Shown piece after piece: positions 25,321-39,286 of a DNA stretch of 64,000 nt. The notes under the pieces were generated by a model that saw only the letters and a list, made by a program, of their open reading frames with translations, searched no databases and had not been told where the DNA came from. Position numbers and translations under genes: made by a program. Source of the DNA: Octopus vulgaris (taxonomy: Eukaryota); the NCBI GenBank assembly GCA_951406725.2, contig OX597815.1:117490001-117554000 (forward strand), read 5' to 3'. Numbering within the stretch: position 1 is the stretch's first letter; each line of letters opens with the position of its first letter.

Positions 25321-27574
25321 TAGTGAGTCATATGATATGGACACAGGCAACCTGGGGGTTTGGTTTTTTACGATACTTTTTAGTTAAGTCTGTTCTGAAA
25401 AAGCTAGACTTATATATTTTAAGCTTTGTTGACAAATGTTACAAATTTATTGGTTGAGTCAATAGGGCACAGACTAACTAGCTGAAAAGTCGGTTGCTCA
25501 AGTTTCAGCATTCGTTCTTGCGCTGTGTCTGTGGCTAAAATATATTACACTTAACTGTCCGGTCTACTTCGCAGTAACTAAGTACCAAAGGAATGTAAAC
25601 CTAACTCACTGCCCGAAAATGCTAAAGCTCTATTAAGTGTTTCGTTAATATTTTGTGATAAAATTCAACCTACCTAAAAATCAACACCACATGATAGCGT
25701 AAAGCTGAAGTTTTTAAACGAGCTTTCTATAAGTCATCATCACCGTAAATAGAGATGAAGACAAATTATCACCAAATACTCTTGTCATTTGTAAATCTGG
25801 AGGAAAATACACTAAAATCTGGGGAAACAAGCCATATTTATATTGAAGATCTGCTTGTCTCGGTGAAGAAAAGGATTTTTTAAATTCTGGTCTTCATGTT
25901 TCATCTTGTGCGGTTTCTAGTGATGAGTATTACTACTTCCTATGTTTTGTATGAGTTGGCAACGAAAATACTGATTATGGGAAATGGGTGCGTTGAGTAG
26001 AATCGCTTTGGGCTGTAACGTGGTGTGTGTGTGTGTGTGTGTGTGTTTAACAGCTGTCTCAACAGATGTCAGTGCTGTGGTGATGGCATCTTAGAAGACT
26101 ATATGGTGGTTTATAAACTGAAAGTCTAATAAAAGACAACAGGAAAGAAAACAATCTACTAAGAGTGATATTAAGAAGTCAGAAAAAGAATTTTACACTT
26201 GTTTGTTCTGTGAATTGCAGGACAATTATTCTGTTATAGCTTTTAAGTTTAGGACTGACTTCCAGATATACAAAAACAAAGAGATATTGAATAAAAATGA
26301 AATGTTGACCAGCAACTAGCTACGAAATTTTCTTTCAATAAGTTGAACAAAATAAAGATATTTAAGTAAATAGAATTGTTTATTTAAAGAATTGTTTATT
26401 AAATAATAGAATTGTTTATTAACGATATTTAAGTAAATAGAATTGTTTATTAGTAAGTCTTGAAAGAATCATTGAAATGTTGGAGTCACTTTTTATTTAC
26501 TCTTTTGTTACATTTGAAAAGGTATCGCGCTTTCTTAGAAAATTATACGTACCCTCGAAATGCCGGGAAGGTGTCTCGTGATATTGTGACTCAAAATAGA
26601 ATGCACTGTACCATAACGAGTGACTGTACAGGTTATCCGTAGAAATTTAATATTTTCAACTTCCCATTTTTCTCAGTGTCCTTTCGTGTCTGAATAGATG
26701 TAAGATGAGTAGGTGTAAGTGGACGAGATAATATATCAATTTAAGAACATTAGGTACGAATGAGTTTGACCTAACAAATCAGTTCCGATGAGATTTTCGT
26801 GTCGGCAATATTCTCGACAGTTCGAACCTGGTAAAGTTATAGGACTTCCAGTGGTCAATATGCTAAATAGCTCAAAGCTGTGACCCTGGTAAGTGCTACC
26901 ACTCTGGGTCAGAGTAGATCGGGGGATAATAGTAGCGAAGAGATGGTCCACGCTCCTCAAAACATGGAATTCCAGAACCAGGGTCCCACAATCGGATGCA
27001 GTTTAAATTCATAATCAGAACGTATGTACATACGTGCATACATACATGCATACATACATACATACATACATACATACATGCATACATACATACATACATA
27101 CATACATACATACATACAACACATATATACAACACATTATATGATATTTCATACGATATTTATTAAAAGAGAGTTTAAAGGTGAGATGTGAAGCAGAAAG
27201 ATTAGTAATTAATTGTATAAAGAATAAAGATAATGGCTTAAGCAATCTTCAGTTCTTATCATCAGTTCTTTCACTCAAAGCCGCTTTATGTTTTGGAGAA
27301 ATCCTTTTGTATGCTGATCAAGTTCTTAAATATGTTTGTTGACCGAGATGTGTATAACGTACATACAATGTGGTATACAACTACATTAATATGCATCTGT
27401 TCATGGTAAGAGGCGGCAACGCTACGCTTCGTCGACCCTATGGACTGTTACAAGTCAGTAAGAATGCCCTTTTGTTACCATATTTCTGTTAAAATATGTT
27501 CTTTGATTCAATTGATTTAAAACATGAAGAATTTAGAAAAAATAAAAAATAACTTTGTTATTGAGCTGATGTAA

Positions 27575-27790
27575 AGCGGGGTGGGAAGGCAGAATCCTTA
27601 GAACGCCGGACAAAATGCTTAGCGCCATTCTTTCTGACGTTATGTTCTGAGTTCAAATTTCAGCGACGTCGAATTTGCCTTCCATCCACTCGGGATCGAT
27701 AAAATACGCACCAATTAAGCACTGGGGTCGATGTAATTGACTTACCCACTGCCCTGAAATTGCTGGTCTTGTTCTAATATTTAAAACCAT
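27575..27790 (+). mobile_element. Family-A SINE (degenerate)
   Basis: ggcagaatc...ttctgagttcaaattt...gatcgataaaata...cactggggtcgatgtaat. Confidence 0.82.
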
Positions 27791-28844
27791 TATTAGGTGG
27801 TGTTTGGAACACAAATTAACATAAAATTTTAATAAGAAGTTTGTACCACAAAATTAGGGGCGAACTCGGGTGGATTCGTATCAAAACGGATAAGAATATT
27901 AACCTACAAATATTGAAGAAATAAATTTGTCAAGTGAAAAAGAAAAAGAAAAAAAAACCCTCAACTTTGAAGAGACGGTTTACCAGCACTAAATCTTAAG
28001 AACAAAGTATTAATCTCAAACTACAATCTTTCAGTTTATCCTTTATTTAGTCAGTATTTAATCTTCTACTATAAGTCCTATTTATAAGCTCTTATATAAT
28101 AACAAAAATTCTATAAGCCCTCAAACCTTAATGCGAATAGTTTCCATGTAATCCTTCTAATAATCTGAGTTTATTCTATGCAACAGAATAATGGGGGGGG
28201 GATAAAAAAAAAGCAAAAAATATTCTTTTGAAATATAACTGAACTAAGATCTCCAAGGGTAGACTGATGGCGAACAGCTTTCAAAACAATTAACTGAGTA
28301 GAGAGGTAGGGAATGGAAATCCGTATCTGGACAGTTAAAACAACTAGAACATTATTGACAGCATATCGCGGTTATTAATATAGACAAAAATAAAATAAAA
28401 GAGAAAAAGAGATATTTGTGTTAGAGACAGACAAAGAAATACGAAATATAAACGAAAACAACAAGAGAGAAAAGAAAATATTTTGCTTCTATTTCCTTTA
28501 AACTGAGTAACGGTACATATTTGGTAAAGTAAGAGGCTGAGAGAGGGAAATCTTTCTTGTTGTAATAGCCCAAAATATTATAGAATCATCGCACACATAC
28601 ACACGCTCGTACGCATACACACACACGTACACAAACATATGCTGATGTATACAGGAAAAAGCCCTTTATGCGGCCTAAATTCAGAGCGATACTAAATATG
28701 TAAGGATATGACTATTCATAGCCCACGCTTTCTCCTCCTCCCTACCTCTCTCACTTTTGCTTCACCGATATGTGTATGTTTGTGTGCGCGTGCGTAAGTG
28801 TGCATGTGTGTATGTGTGTGTGTGTTCGTATAAATATATGCATG

Positions 28845-28893
<49 letters not shown>

Positions 28894-29521
28894 GTGTGTG
28901 TGTGTGTATGTGAAATAGTATAATTATATGCACATATATATATGTATGTATGTATTTGAAATAGTATATTATATGCACATATGTATGTATGTGAAATAGT
29001 ATATTACATGCACACACATATATGTATATATATATGAAGGTGCATGGCTCAGTAGAGCGTCGAGCTTACGATCGTGAGGTTGTGAGTTCGATTGCCGGAC
29101 CGGGCTGTGCGTTGTGTTCTTGACAGTTTATTTCGTGTTGCTCCAGTTCACTCATTTGTAGAAATGAGTTGCGACGTCACTGGTGCCAAACTGTATCGGC
29201 CTTTGCTTTTTCCCTCGGATAACATCGGTAGCATGGAGAAGGGAGGCTGGTATACGTGGGCAACAGTTGATCTTCTATAGTTTTTTTGCGTGTGGAATGA
29301 ATTTATATCACTAACCCGTGATTATCACACACTACCCAGAAACCAGGATCTGTGTGTATCACGTAAGGCTAGAGATGGAACGATGATTTCCTCACGGAAA
29401 TACTAATCGCACACAGACAGTGTGTCGTTAGCCAGCTGGAGGAGATGTCCTCCCGGGGCTAAAAACAACAGTAGCATTGTCCTCTATTGTCCGCCACATT
29501 TAGTTGGCAATTATATTTTTA

Positions 29522-29587
<66 letters not shown>

Positions 29588-30119
29588 ATATATATATACA
29601 CATGTATGTGTGTGTGTGTATATATATTATTGTGTCCAGGGAAAGTCATTCTGTTTTAGTGACTTATTATTTAACACACGCACCGGTTCGATTTCCACTC
29701 ATTTACTTATTTACTTTTTCTAAAATTTTCGTTGCGTCTTGCACACTCTTCAATAGTCGTTGATTCGTTCCGTTATCAGAGCTGCATTCTTTTTGTTTGT
29801 TTGTTTGTTTGTGTGTGCGCATGTGTGTGCATCAGTGTGCATGTATATACACATATGTATGTATGTCATTATTCAGTTTATTTCAAGATTTCTTGCCAAT
29901 AAAGAACCGGTTTCTAACCTAGATCCAAGGTTCCTTCATGTGAATTTCAACATCAACAACAGGGTATGTTTGTTTGTATGAATGTATGTCTGTGTGTGTC
30001 TGTATGCGTGTGTATGTATGTATGTATGTATGTATGTATGTATGTATGTATGTATGTATGTATGTATGTATGTATGTATGTATATGTATGTATGTATGTG
30101 TGCGTGCATGCCTCCCTGT

Positions 30120-30262
30120 TTATTTCTGTGTTCCTTTCTGTCGAAGAGCGTAGGCTCGAAACATAAAAGACTCTCTCACTTCCCGAGCGTTAAACTAATA
30201 CATTTGTTTGTTGTTTACGCCACCTCTCTTCGTCTTTTGCTCTTTTGTAAATTCTTACTATA
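30120..30262 (+). repeat. Dispersed ~140-bp repeat, Penelope pseudo-LTR-like
   Basis: Matches 46595-46742 in inverted orientation; contains ctttctgtcgaagagcgtaggctcgaaac; both copies sit in microsatellites. Penelope assignment is inference. Confidence 0.55.
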
Positions 30263-30263
30263 T

Positions 30264-30297
<34 letters not shown>

Positions 30298-30580
30298 TGT
30301 ATGTATGTATGTATGTATGTATGTATGTATGTATGTATGCATGCGTGTGTGCGCGTTTGTATGTATGTATGTATGCATTCTGCATATTCATGTGTTTCTG
30401 TGTTCATGTTTGTGCCTGTATGTGCGTGCGTGTGTGTTTATATGTAGGTGTAACTATGTACGTGCGTCTGTTATGTACAGACGTATGTCTCCATTTATGT
30501 CTCCATATATATACACAGACATACGTTCATACATATATATATATTTTATCTGTCTCTCCCCTATGTCTTTATACTCACAC

Positions 30581-30645
<65 letters not shown>

Positions 30646-30687
30646 GAGAGAAGTATATATATATAGAGAGAAAGTATATGTGTGTGA

Positions 30688-30727
<40 letters not shown>

Positions 30728-30807
30728 GTATACACATATTTTTATGTTGACAGTCGGAAGAAAGAGTACTCAGTAGCATAGTGCAGATTAGTAATATTTA
30801 TATTTAG

Positions 30808-31260
30808 AAGGCGGCGAGCTGGCAGAAATGTTAGCGCACTGGGCAAAATGTTTGGCGGTATTTCGTCTGTCTTTACGTTCTGAGTTCAAATTCCGCCGAG
30901 GTCGACTTTGCCTTTTATCCTTTCGGGGTCGATAAATTAAATATCAGTTTTGTACTGGATTCGATCTAATCGACTGGCCCCCTCCTCCAAAATTTCGGGC
31001 CTTGTGTTTACAGTACAAAAGAATATTTATATTTAGGTTAAGGCGGTGAATTGGCAGAATTGGTAGCACGTCGGCGAAAATGCTTAGCGGCATTTCGTCT
31101 GTCCTTACGTTTTGAGTTGAAATTCTGCCAACGTCGGCTTTGCATTTCATCCTTTCGGGTTGGACAAATAAGTACCAATTGAGCACTGGGGGTCGATCTA
31201 ACCGATTTAGCCCCTTTTACCCGAAATTGCTGGCCTTGTGCCAAAATGTGAAACCAATAT
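30808..31260 (+). mobile_element. Two tandem family-A SINEs separated by repeated target sequence
   Basis: aatatttatattt occurs at 30793, 31022 and 31256, bracketing both copies. Confidence 0.9.
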
Positions 31261-31384
31261 TTATATTTGGGCTTCACTTGTGGGTAGTCAGGATCTTTAG
31301 GCAAGTTACAACTCGTAACTAACCTGAAGACCCTCTGTGCACCCACAAAGAGAACTTCTGAATAGCTTTGTTCCGACGCGTCAA

Positions 31385-31461
<77 letters not shown>

Positions 31462-31746
31462 CTGTGTGTGTGCGGATGCCTTTGTTTCCGCGCTTGTTTC
31501 TCACCACCGCTTGATAACCAATGCTGGTTTGTTTACGTCCCCGTGACCTGCCGGTTCGGCAAAAGAGAATGTTAGAATAAGTAAAGTATGAGGCTTAAAA
31601 ACAAAAGCTGAGGTCGATTCATTCGACTAAAAATTCTACAAGGCGGTGCTCCAGCTTGATCACAGTCTAATGACTGAAGCAAGCAAAATACACACGCACG
31701 CATACACACACACACGCACATACACACGCACATATTTACATACATA

Positions 31747-31893
31747 CACTAGCGTAGCTGGGGTGGGTAGGAGCGGTCCGCCCCAGGCGGCTCTTTTAAA
31801 GGTGCTCCACATTTGGGTCTGCTGTAGGCAACATATTTTTTGTGGGGTCCGAGGGCGGCAAGCGGAAGGGCACACACTCTAACTATGCTAGTG
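31747..31893. mobile_element. 147-bp hAT-like MITE
   Basis: TIR cactagcgtagct / aactatgctagtg (11/13); 8-bp TSD catacata at 31739-31746 and 31894-31901. Confidence 0.75.
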
Positions 31894-32125
31894 CATACAT
31901 AATACACACAAGCGTATTTTGGCAATTGCACTGTTCTGTTATTTAGGAGTTTCTCCAACCTGTTGCTGGTTCCTCAACCAGATGTAGAATCGATCAGGCT
32001 CAAGAGTGAATCAGGCTCAAGTGAGTCACGTTCAAGAGAACATAACACTTTCCAATGGTATTGAGTGCCTTTTCTCTCATCCCCTATCACCAACGTCTGT
32101 GTGAAAGCGTGTGCAAATCTATCTG

Positions 32126-32206
<81 letters not shown>

Positions 32207-32217
32207 ATATCTATCTA

Positions 32218-32267
<50 letters not shown>

Positions 32268-34154
32268 CGTCCGTCCGTCTGTCTCCCTGTCTCTCCCTTT
32301 CTCTCTCTTTATGTATGTATATGTGTATGTGTGTATGTATGTATGTATGTATACATACGCGCACACACACATACATACGTGTGTATTATATATGTTATGG
32401 CTATTGCATTATATAACATTGTAAAGCTACATTGATCACGTGTCTTTCACATGCAGTATGGTGATTGAGTGCCAAACATTTTAGGAAATTTTCCTTATAA
32501 ATTGCGATGACATGTAAGTCTTTAAATTTGACATTTAGACTTTGATAATTAACGGCTTTTCCCTAAGTGGTCGTGCAGCCATTTTAGCAGAAATGAAAAC
32601 GTTCTTTTAAGACAACAAAATTTTTATCCGAATTTGTGTATGTTGTTATTTATATACTATGTTGAAATAAACAAGAAATTTTATGATTTTTGAATAATTA
32701 TTGTTTCTTCTTTTGAGTAGGATTTTATTCAGCAGATTTTAAATACGGTTAAAGATCTTTGAATATGTTTTATTTTATGTTAGTAGTAGAGGGCGTAGCG
32801 TGTTCGGGGAACACATGACAAATGAATAAATGGCGTTTATAAATCCCACGAAATTTTCTTTATTGTAGATCGTTAGTGTTATGGTATTCAAACATGTTAC
32901 TCAGAATAATAACTCTAATATACGTATTAGGATGTTTATTTTATGAAGTATGGAAAACATTATGTATATAAACCCTTCCAAAAATGCTTAGAGATAACAC
33001 TGGTATGGTCTCGAATTCTGAATTCAAAGTCTTGATGAGGTGCAAAAGACAGTTAGAGGCAGAGAATGAAAGATGTTATAGTCTGCGGACGACTGACGAT
33101 GATGACGATTATGACGATGACATACATACACACATACATACATACATACATACATGCATACATACATACATACATACATACATACATACATACATACATA
33201 CATACATACATACATACATGTGTGAAATTAAGATAAACTTAAGTTTATATGATTTGTTCCCAACGTACTTTTCTCCATTGTAGTATTTAGAACATTGCAT
33301 TAGATGTTCCAAGCGCAACTGAATGGTGGACCATTACAAATCATCAATGGCCATATTATTGCATTATATTACACAGATCAAATGTAGCAGTAGTATTAGT
33401 AATAGTTAAGCCCTGATCAAACAGACCTATGGTCAGGGGCATTCTATCGCGACCATCCTGATTTTTTGAACAACCATCCAGGTAACCAAGACTATATTAT
33501 CCAAAAGACATTTCCCCTGTAACTCATAAATTAAATACTTCTGTTTAGTGAAAACTAATACGAGTGAAAATATTTAAATAACAACATCCCTAAGCAAGTA
33601 TGCCTAGGGATATAATTAAACACATATCATTATGATGTCATTCATTGTAGGATATCATTCAAATGTATTATCTTTTCCTCCACACTCCATCAGAATATTA
33701 CAGATGTCATTTCTATGATTTACTATGAATTTTAGCCCCACCTCTGAGCAAACTATTTCCGCTAAATATATCAGATAATGTACATTATCCTCATTGGCCC
33801 GCGGGTCACGGGGCTAACGCAGGTTATAATTTCGTAAAGAAAACAGTTAAGCTGTGACGTGGCTGCAGATATGCCTTTATCACATCCTCTATTTTTAAAC
33901 AGTGACGCTTCATTCTCTTACAAGAAAAAATGGGAGCGGTTCATACTAAATTCTAAAACACGGATACCAGAATTGTTTATGACACAGTCTTTAACAATGC
34001 TGCTGTCCTACACAGGGAGGTTGACAAACAGATACATGCATGCATACACACACGCATGCACGCACACATGCACAAACACACACAAACATAAACATTGTCA
34101 CAATTTGTTTTGTATCTTTAGTGTGTGTGTGTGTATCATGAGCACGTAATATAC

Positions 34155-34226
<72 letters not shown>

Positions 34227-34250
34227 TATATATATATGTGTGTGTGTGTA

Positions 34251-34399
<149 letters not shown>

Positions 34400-34809
34400 G
34401 TATGCACACATACTGTATAATATATCTTTTATCTGATATGTTTTATTTGTTTCAGTCATTTGACAACGGCTATGCTGGGGCGCAACCTTGAACGAATAGA
34501 TCCCTGTTAAGCCTAGCAGAGTAGATGAAACAGGGGACAACTGATGAAGGGGAATATTCTTTATGTTGCATGTCTCGTTTCTCTGTTTGTTGTTTTTTCG
34601 TTGTTCGAAAAAAAGTTCGTTTTCTATGTTTTCCTTTATACGTTCTCGTTTCTCATTGCGTCTACGTGTTTTTTGATGTTCTGTACCCATATATATGCCT
34701 GTATATATACATATATATATGTGGGTATGTACATATATATATGCATATATTTATATATTATTTATATTATTATATGATGGAATGCCACGCATCCTTTTCC
34801 AAGTAAGTT

Positions 34810-34869
<60 letters not shown>

Positions 34870-34974
34870 ATACGGTACACATGTATGTATGTATGTATGT
34901 ATGTATGCATGCATGTATATATATATATATATACATACATACATGTGTACCGTATATATATATATATATACATA

Positions 34975-35044
<70 letters not shown>

Positions 35045-35697
35045 ACCCCTCTCAAACGTGGGCGTTCTATTAGAACAAACTATTTTGCGGTAGTTACCAT
35101 GAGAGAAACTCTCATATTGGCATTTGGTGCAAAATGCACTGTTGTTCATATCGGTAGCAGGGAGATAAATCCCCGTCATCTCCAGTACCGAGACCACCAG
35201 ATCTTTATATATGCATATGTATGTAAGTATCAATATATTTATCATGAAATCTCAGCAAATTTAATTCGATATACGACTGATATCCCATGTATCTTAATAG
35301 TTTCAGGTAGAAGTTTGATTCGATCTCGTGTCCAGTCGGTACTTCACCTGATCATTCTCGTGTATTTCATATACATATTACATTGTGTTTTTGCTGGTCT
35401 TTCTTATAACTGAAAAATCATTTCAATCGAGAAAAATAATTTTTCCTCTCTTGAAATGGGCTTGTTTTCACAGGAGACAGATTCGTCTCGCTAGAAAGGT
35501 GATTCTCTTCACGAGAAAGATAAGCTCTCTTTCATAAGAAATTGACACCTCATCGGAGAGGTGTATTCCCTTCGCGTCAGGTGTATCATTCTTCACACTT
35601 TTTATCGTCCACTCGATTGCTTTATGTTTCCCCACAACTTTTTAAAAACAAGTCTGCGATTCAACTGTAGAGGGGTACTGTTATGAGAAGGGCTTAC

Positions 35698-35893
35698 CTA
35701 CTAAATTAGTTCTCGTTGTTGTTGTTGTTTTGAATGTCAGTCTTGTCTTCGCCAGTTGTGGTTTGGAAAGATAATTGTAGCCATTGCTACAAGTAATAAG
35801 GACAGGACGATTTCTTTTGATGACTCTGGAGCTGTGCTCAGTGCTATCTTGGGACGAGCAGCCCTTACCCCCTCCATGGTTTGTAGCCGCCAT
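35698..35893 (-). CDS. Candidate first coding exon (unidentified host gene)
   Basis: Acceptor ttcttactcag (exon from 35909), start context AAAATGGCGGC, MAATNHGGGKGCSSQDSTEHSSRVIKRNRPVLITC...TNLV, donor TAG|gtaagc (phase 1). Confidence 0.4.
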
Positions 35894-37003
35894 TTTTCTT
35901 TTAAGCCTTCTGAGTAAGAATATTTAATTGTTTTTACTGCTGCAACTATAGCTGATGAGTTTTCCAACGTGAGTACTGAGCGTCAAGCCCTTTCTTTCAG
36001 TATCTTTTACAGAACTTATCTCTAAGGTTATCTCAGGGTCATGAGGAATTTTATACACATGATGACTCCACCCGACCACGTAATGTATGGGTAAGTTACA
36101 ACCCTCCGCCAACACGCCTCTGTAATGGATTGTGGAACAAAATACTGCGTAGCTTTAGTTCTTTCGGCAAAATGTTTCATACCGAGATTTTTTCTTGTTC
36201 AAAAGAATACTTGCGAACGATATGATTGTTATTACTGTTCGCTACAATTTCATTTCATTTGAGAACGGACGCGCATGTATAATCAATCATATTGCTACTG
36301 TTGATGTTGTCAAACGAATTGTGTGTTATGCTGTGTATTTTCAAAAGTTAATTTTTTTTCATTTTCTGCTATTTTTTTTATTTGCGTGGGCATTGCTCCT
36401 TTCGTCTGTATAAACGAACAAAAGAATACATTCATACATATAATGGCGAGCGGATTTAAGATAAAAATGAGGCCGGCGCCACCTTAGCAGATGACATTTT
36501 TTCTCACTGAATATTATCAAATCTTCCAAAGCAAGCTCTTTTTTGATTTTCATCTCCAGTACCTTCTTCATTCTGTATTGTTGCTTTTGTTGCTTTATTG
36601 AATCGGTAAATTTATCGTTCACTTCGCTCGATCTTAAGAGCCGTATTCAGTTTCTTCAATTTTATCTGTTCCCAGTGAAAATAATTGTTTTTAGTGTGAA
36701 ACTTAATTGTTTTAATCTAATCTCATTAAATATCTCTGGAAGATTCTAGAAATTTCATTTTAGGTTTATTCAAACTTTATTCATCGTAATCTCCATACAA
36801 ATTGTAATAATTGTAATAATTGACCAGCACGACAAATACTAAAATTATCATACATGATGACAATGCTGCTGCTGCTGCTGATGACGACGATGATGGTGGT
36901 GACGACGATGATGAAGATAAGGAAGAGTAAGAAGAAATAAAAAGAGATGATGATGTTGAAGATGATAATGACGACGACGACAATGATGATGATAATGATG
37001 GTA

Positions 37004-37047
<44 letters not shown>

Positions 37048-37424
37048 AATGATGATGGTGTGATGATGAGGAATTCGGTTTCGGTGATGAATATTCTAGC
37101 TGTTCCATGAACTCAACTACAAACTCTTTCAGTTTTATTCTAAATGGCTGAGTATTTCTTAGAGATTTGTATTTTTGAAATACTTCCCAGGAAGAATTAG
37201 TATTAGCATGTCACATTATATGACAAAGGTGGGTGGTCTCTTCAATTACAGGTTTTTTCTCCATATAACGAGTTTCTATAAGTTTCCGTCTATCTCATTT
37301 CGCTCACAGCGAATGATTCAATGCAAGACTAAGGTAGAACACAATTATTCAAGGTATCTCGCAGTTAGATCGAACCCGGCATCAAAGGATTAAGAAATGA
37401 ACCATTTTATTATTCAACTGTGCC

Positions 37425-37485
<61 letters not shown>

Positions 37486-37486
37486 C

Positions 37487-38769
37487 CTGAGTGCGGTGAA
37501 TAAAGTGTCAGCTAAATTACGCAAAAATGTAAATAACACTGACATCTCATTTTAACAGATATATTTACCAAAATTACATAAAAATATCTTGAAATATTTT
37601 ATTAAATAAATTTACTCTTTAGAGTAAATTTATTTAATAAAATCCCCATTGGCTTCAACCATGGTCTCCATAATCTCCTGCAGCCCTTTTAGACATCTCC
37701 TTGTTTAAGTTGGTGAATGCTGTCATAATCCTTGTCTTCAGTTCATTTTTCGTATTAAAAGAGTTTTGCTGGTCTCTCGCTCAACTGCACCCAAAACATA
37801 CTAATCAAGGAGGTTGCAGTCTGGGGAGTTAGGTAGCCAGATGTGATCGCAGAAATTGTCTGACAGCCATGACTGGGTTCTCCTGCTTGTGTGGCATGGT
37901 GCAGAGTCCTATTGCTAGACATAGAGTCTTCCAGCAGCTACCCTCTTGATCCAGGGCAGCACTATCTCCTCCAGGCACTTGATGTAAGCTTCGTGTTGAG
38001 CCTGAGGCTGTGTGGGAAGATGAATGGAGGCATAACGTCGCCATCACTAGAGGTCACTCCAAACACCGTGATGTTGACTGGATGTTTGATTTTCATCACT
38101 CTCGGTACATGTTTTGGGGACACACGGCAAGCCAACGGTTGTTCTGTGTGTTCACCGTCTGATCTTGACAGAAATTTTTCTCGTCTGATAAAAACCAAAG
38201 CATGTTCAGTTGGCGGGGATGCTTGAGTTTGTTCAAAAGCTTCGTAGCGCGGTTTTTTGCCTTGTCCTTGGTGGCGAGGGATAAAAATTGTCCCTTTGTC
38301 ATCTTGTATGACCAATACCGAATGTCTTCATGCACTGCCTGCCAGATAAGAAATTCAGACATTCCCATGTCTCTGGCGATCGACCTGATTGTCTTGGAGG
38401 GATCGTTGCCAATTATGGCCTGGACCTCCCCAACAATTTCAGGACGATCGGAGTGAGTTTTCCGAGCTGCTGTACCTTCGTAATTACCATTAGATTCATC
38501 CAACTCTTTCCGAATCCTCTGCACTGTCCTCAGATTAACACCCAAACATTCTGAAATGTTCGTATTGGAGCTTCTGCCGCGAATGCTAAGCAGTACAGCA
38601 TGTCGTTTCCAAATTTCTGGTAGAGTGAATTGCGTCATGATGCTGTTCTTCTCACAGACGATGCCCAAATGACCTTATTATAGTGTGTAGTCAACAAAAT
38701 CCAAAACAAGCAATGCGCATACACAAAATTAAAAGTATAAAATGGCGACAATTTACCCATCGCACACTG
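37487..38769 (-). mobile_element. Decayed Tc1/mariner transposon, maT (DD37D)-like
   Basis: HTH N-terminus; FLSDEKNF..NTQNNRW; Q*DSAPCH...WLPNSPDCNLLD (33 aa D-D spacing here, probably after a small deletion); stops and frameshifts; degenerate TIRs (17/23); flanked by TA-rich repeats. Confidence 0.9.
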
Positions 38770-39014
38770 TGTATGTATGTATGTATGTATGTATGTATGT
38801 ATGTATGTATGTATGTATGTATGCGTGCATATATATATATATACATATATACACACACACTTTATTTGTGGTACTCTTAACAATTGTAAATGTCTCGACT
38901 ATATGAAACCATTGGTCGCCTTGTGAACTCATTAATAAATAATATTTATCCTACAGTGAGTACTCATTCTCACTGTTATATATCTGTGTGTGTATGTGTT
39001 TGTGTGTGTGTGTT

Positions 39015-39067
<53 letters not shown>

Positions 39068-39286
39068 AAAACAGTGAAAATGAGTACTGAAAAAACCGAA
39101 TGAGGCTAAAAAACTAAATAACTTTATTATCTGACGCGGCAAGCGACCAGTAAAACATGGAAATCAGCGGAAACTCTTTCCTTGTAAAAATAGATATAAT
39201 ACTCTATTCAATGCATTAAGTAATTCCTCCATTAATATTGAATTTTGATAGGCGCAGGCGTAACAGTGTGGTAAGAAGCTTGCTTC

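Noticed and set aside
35130-35200. KCTVVHIG..N..Y CR1-like motif
   Set aside because: Too short to delimit as a feature.
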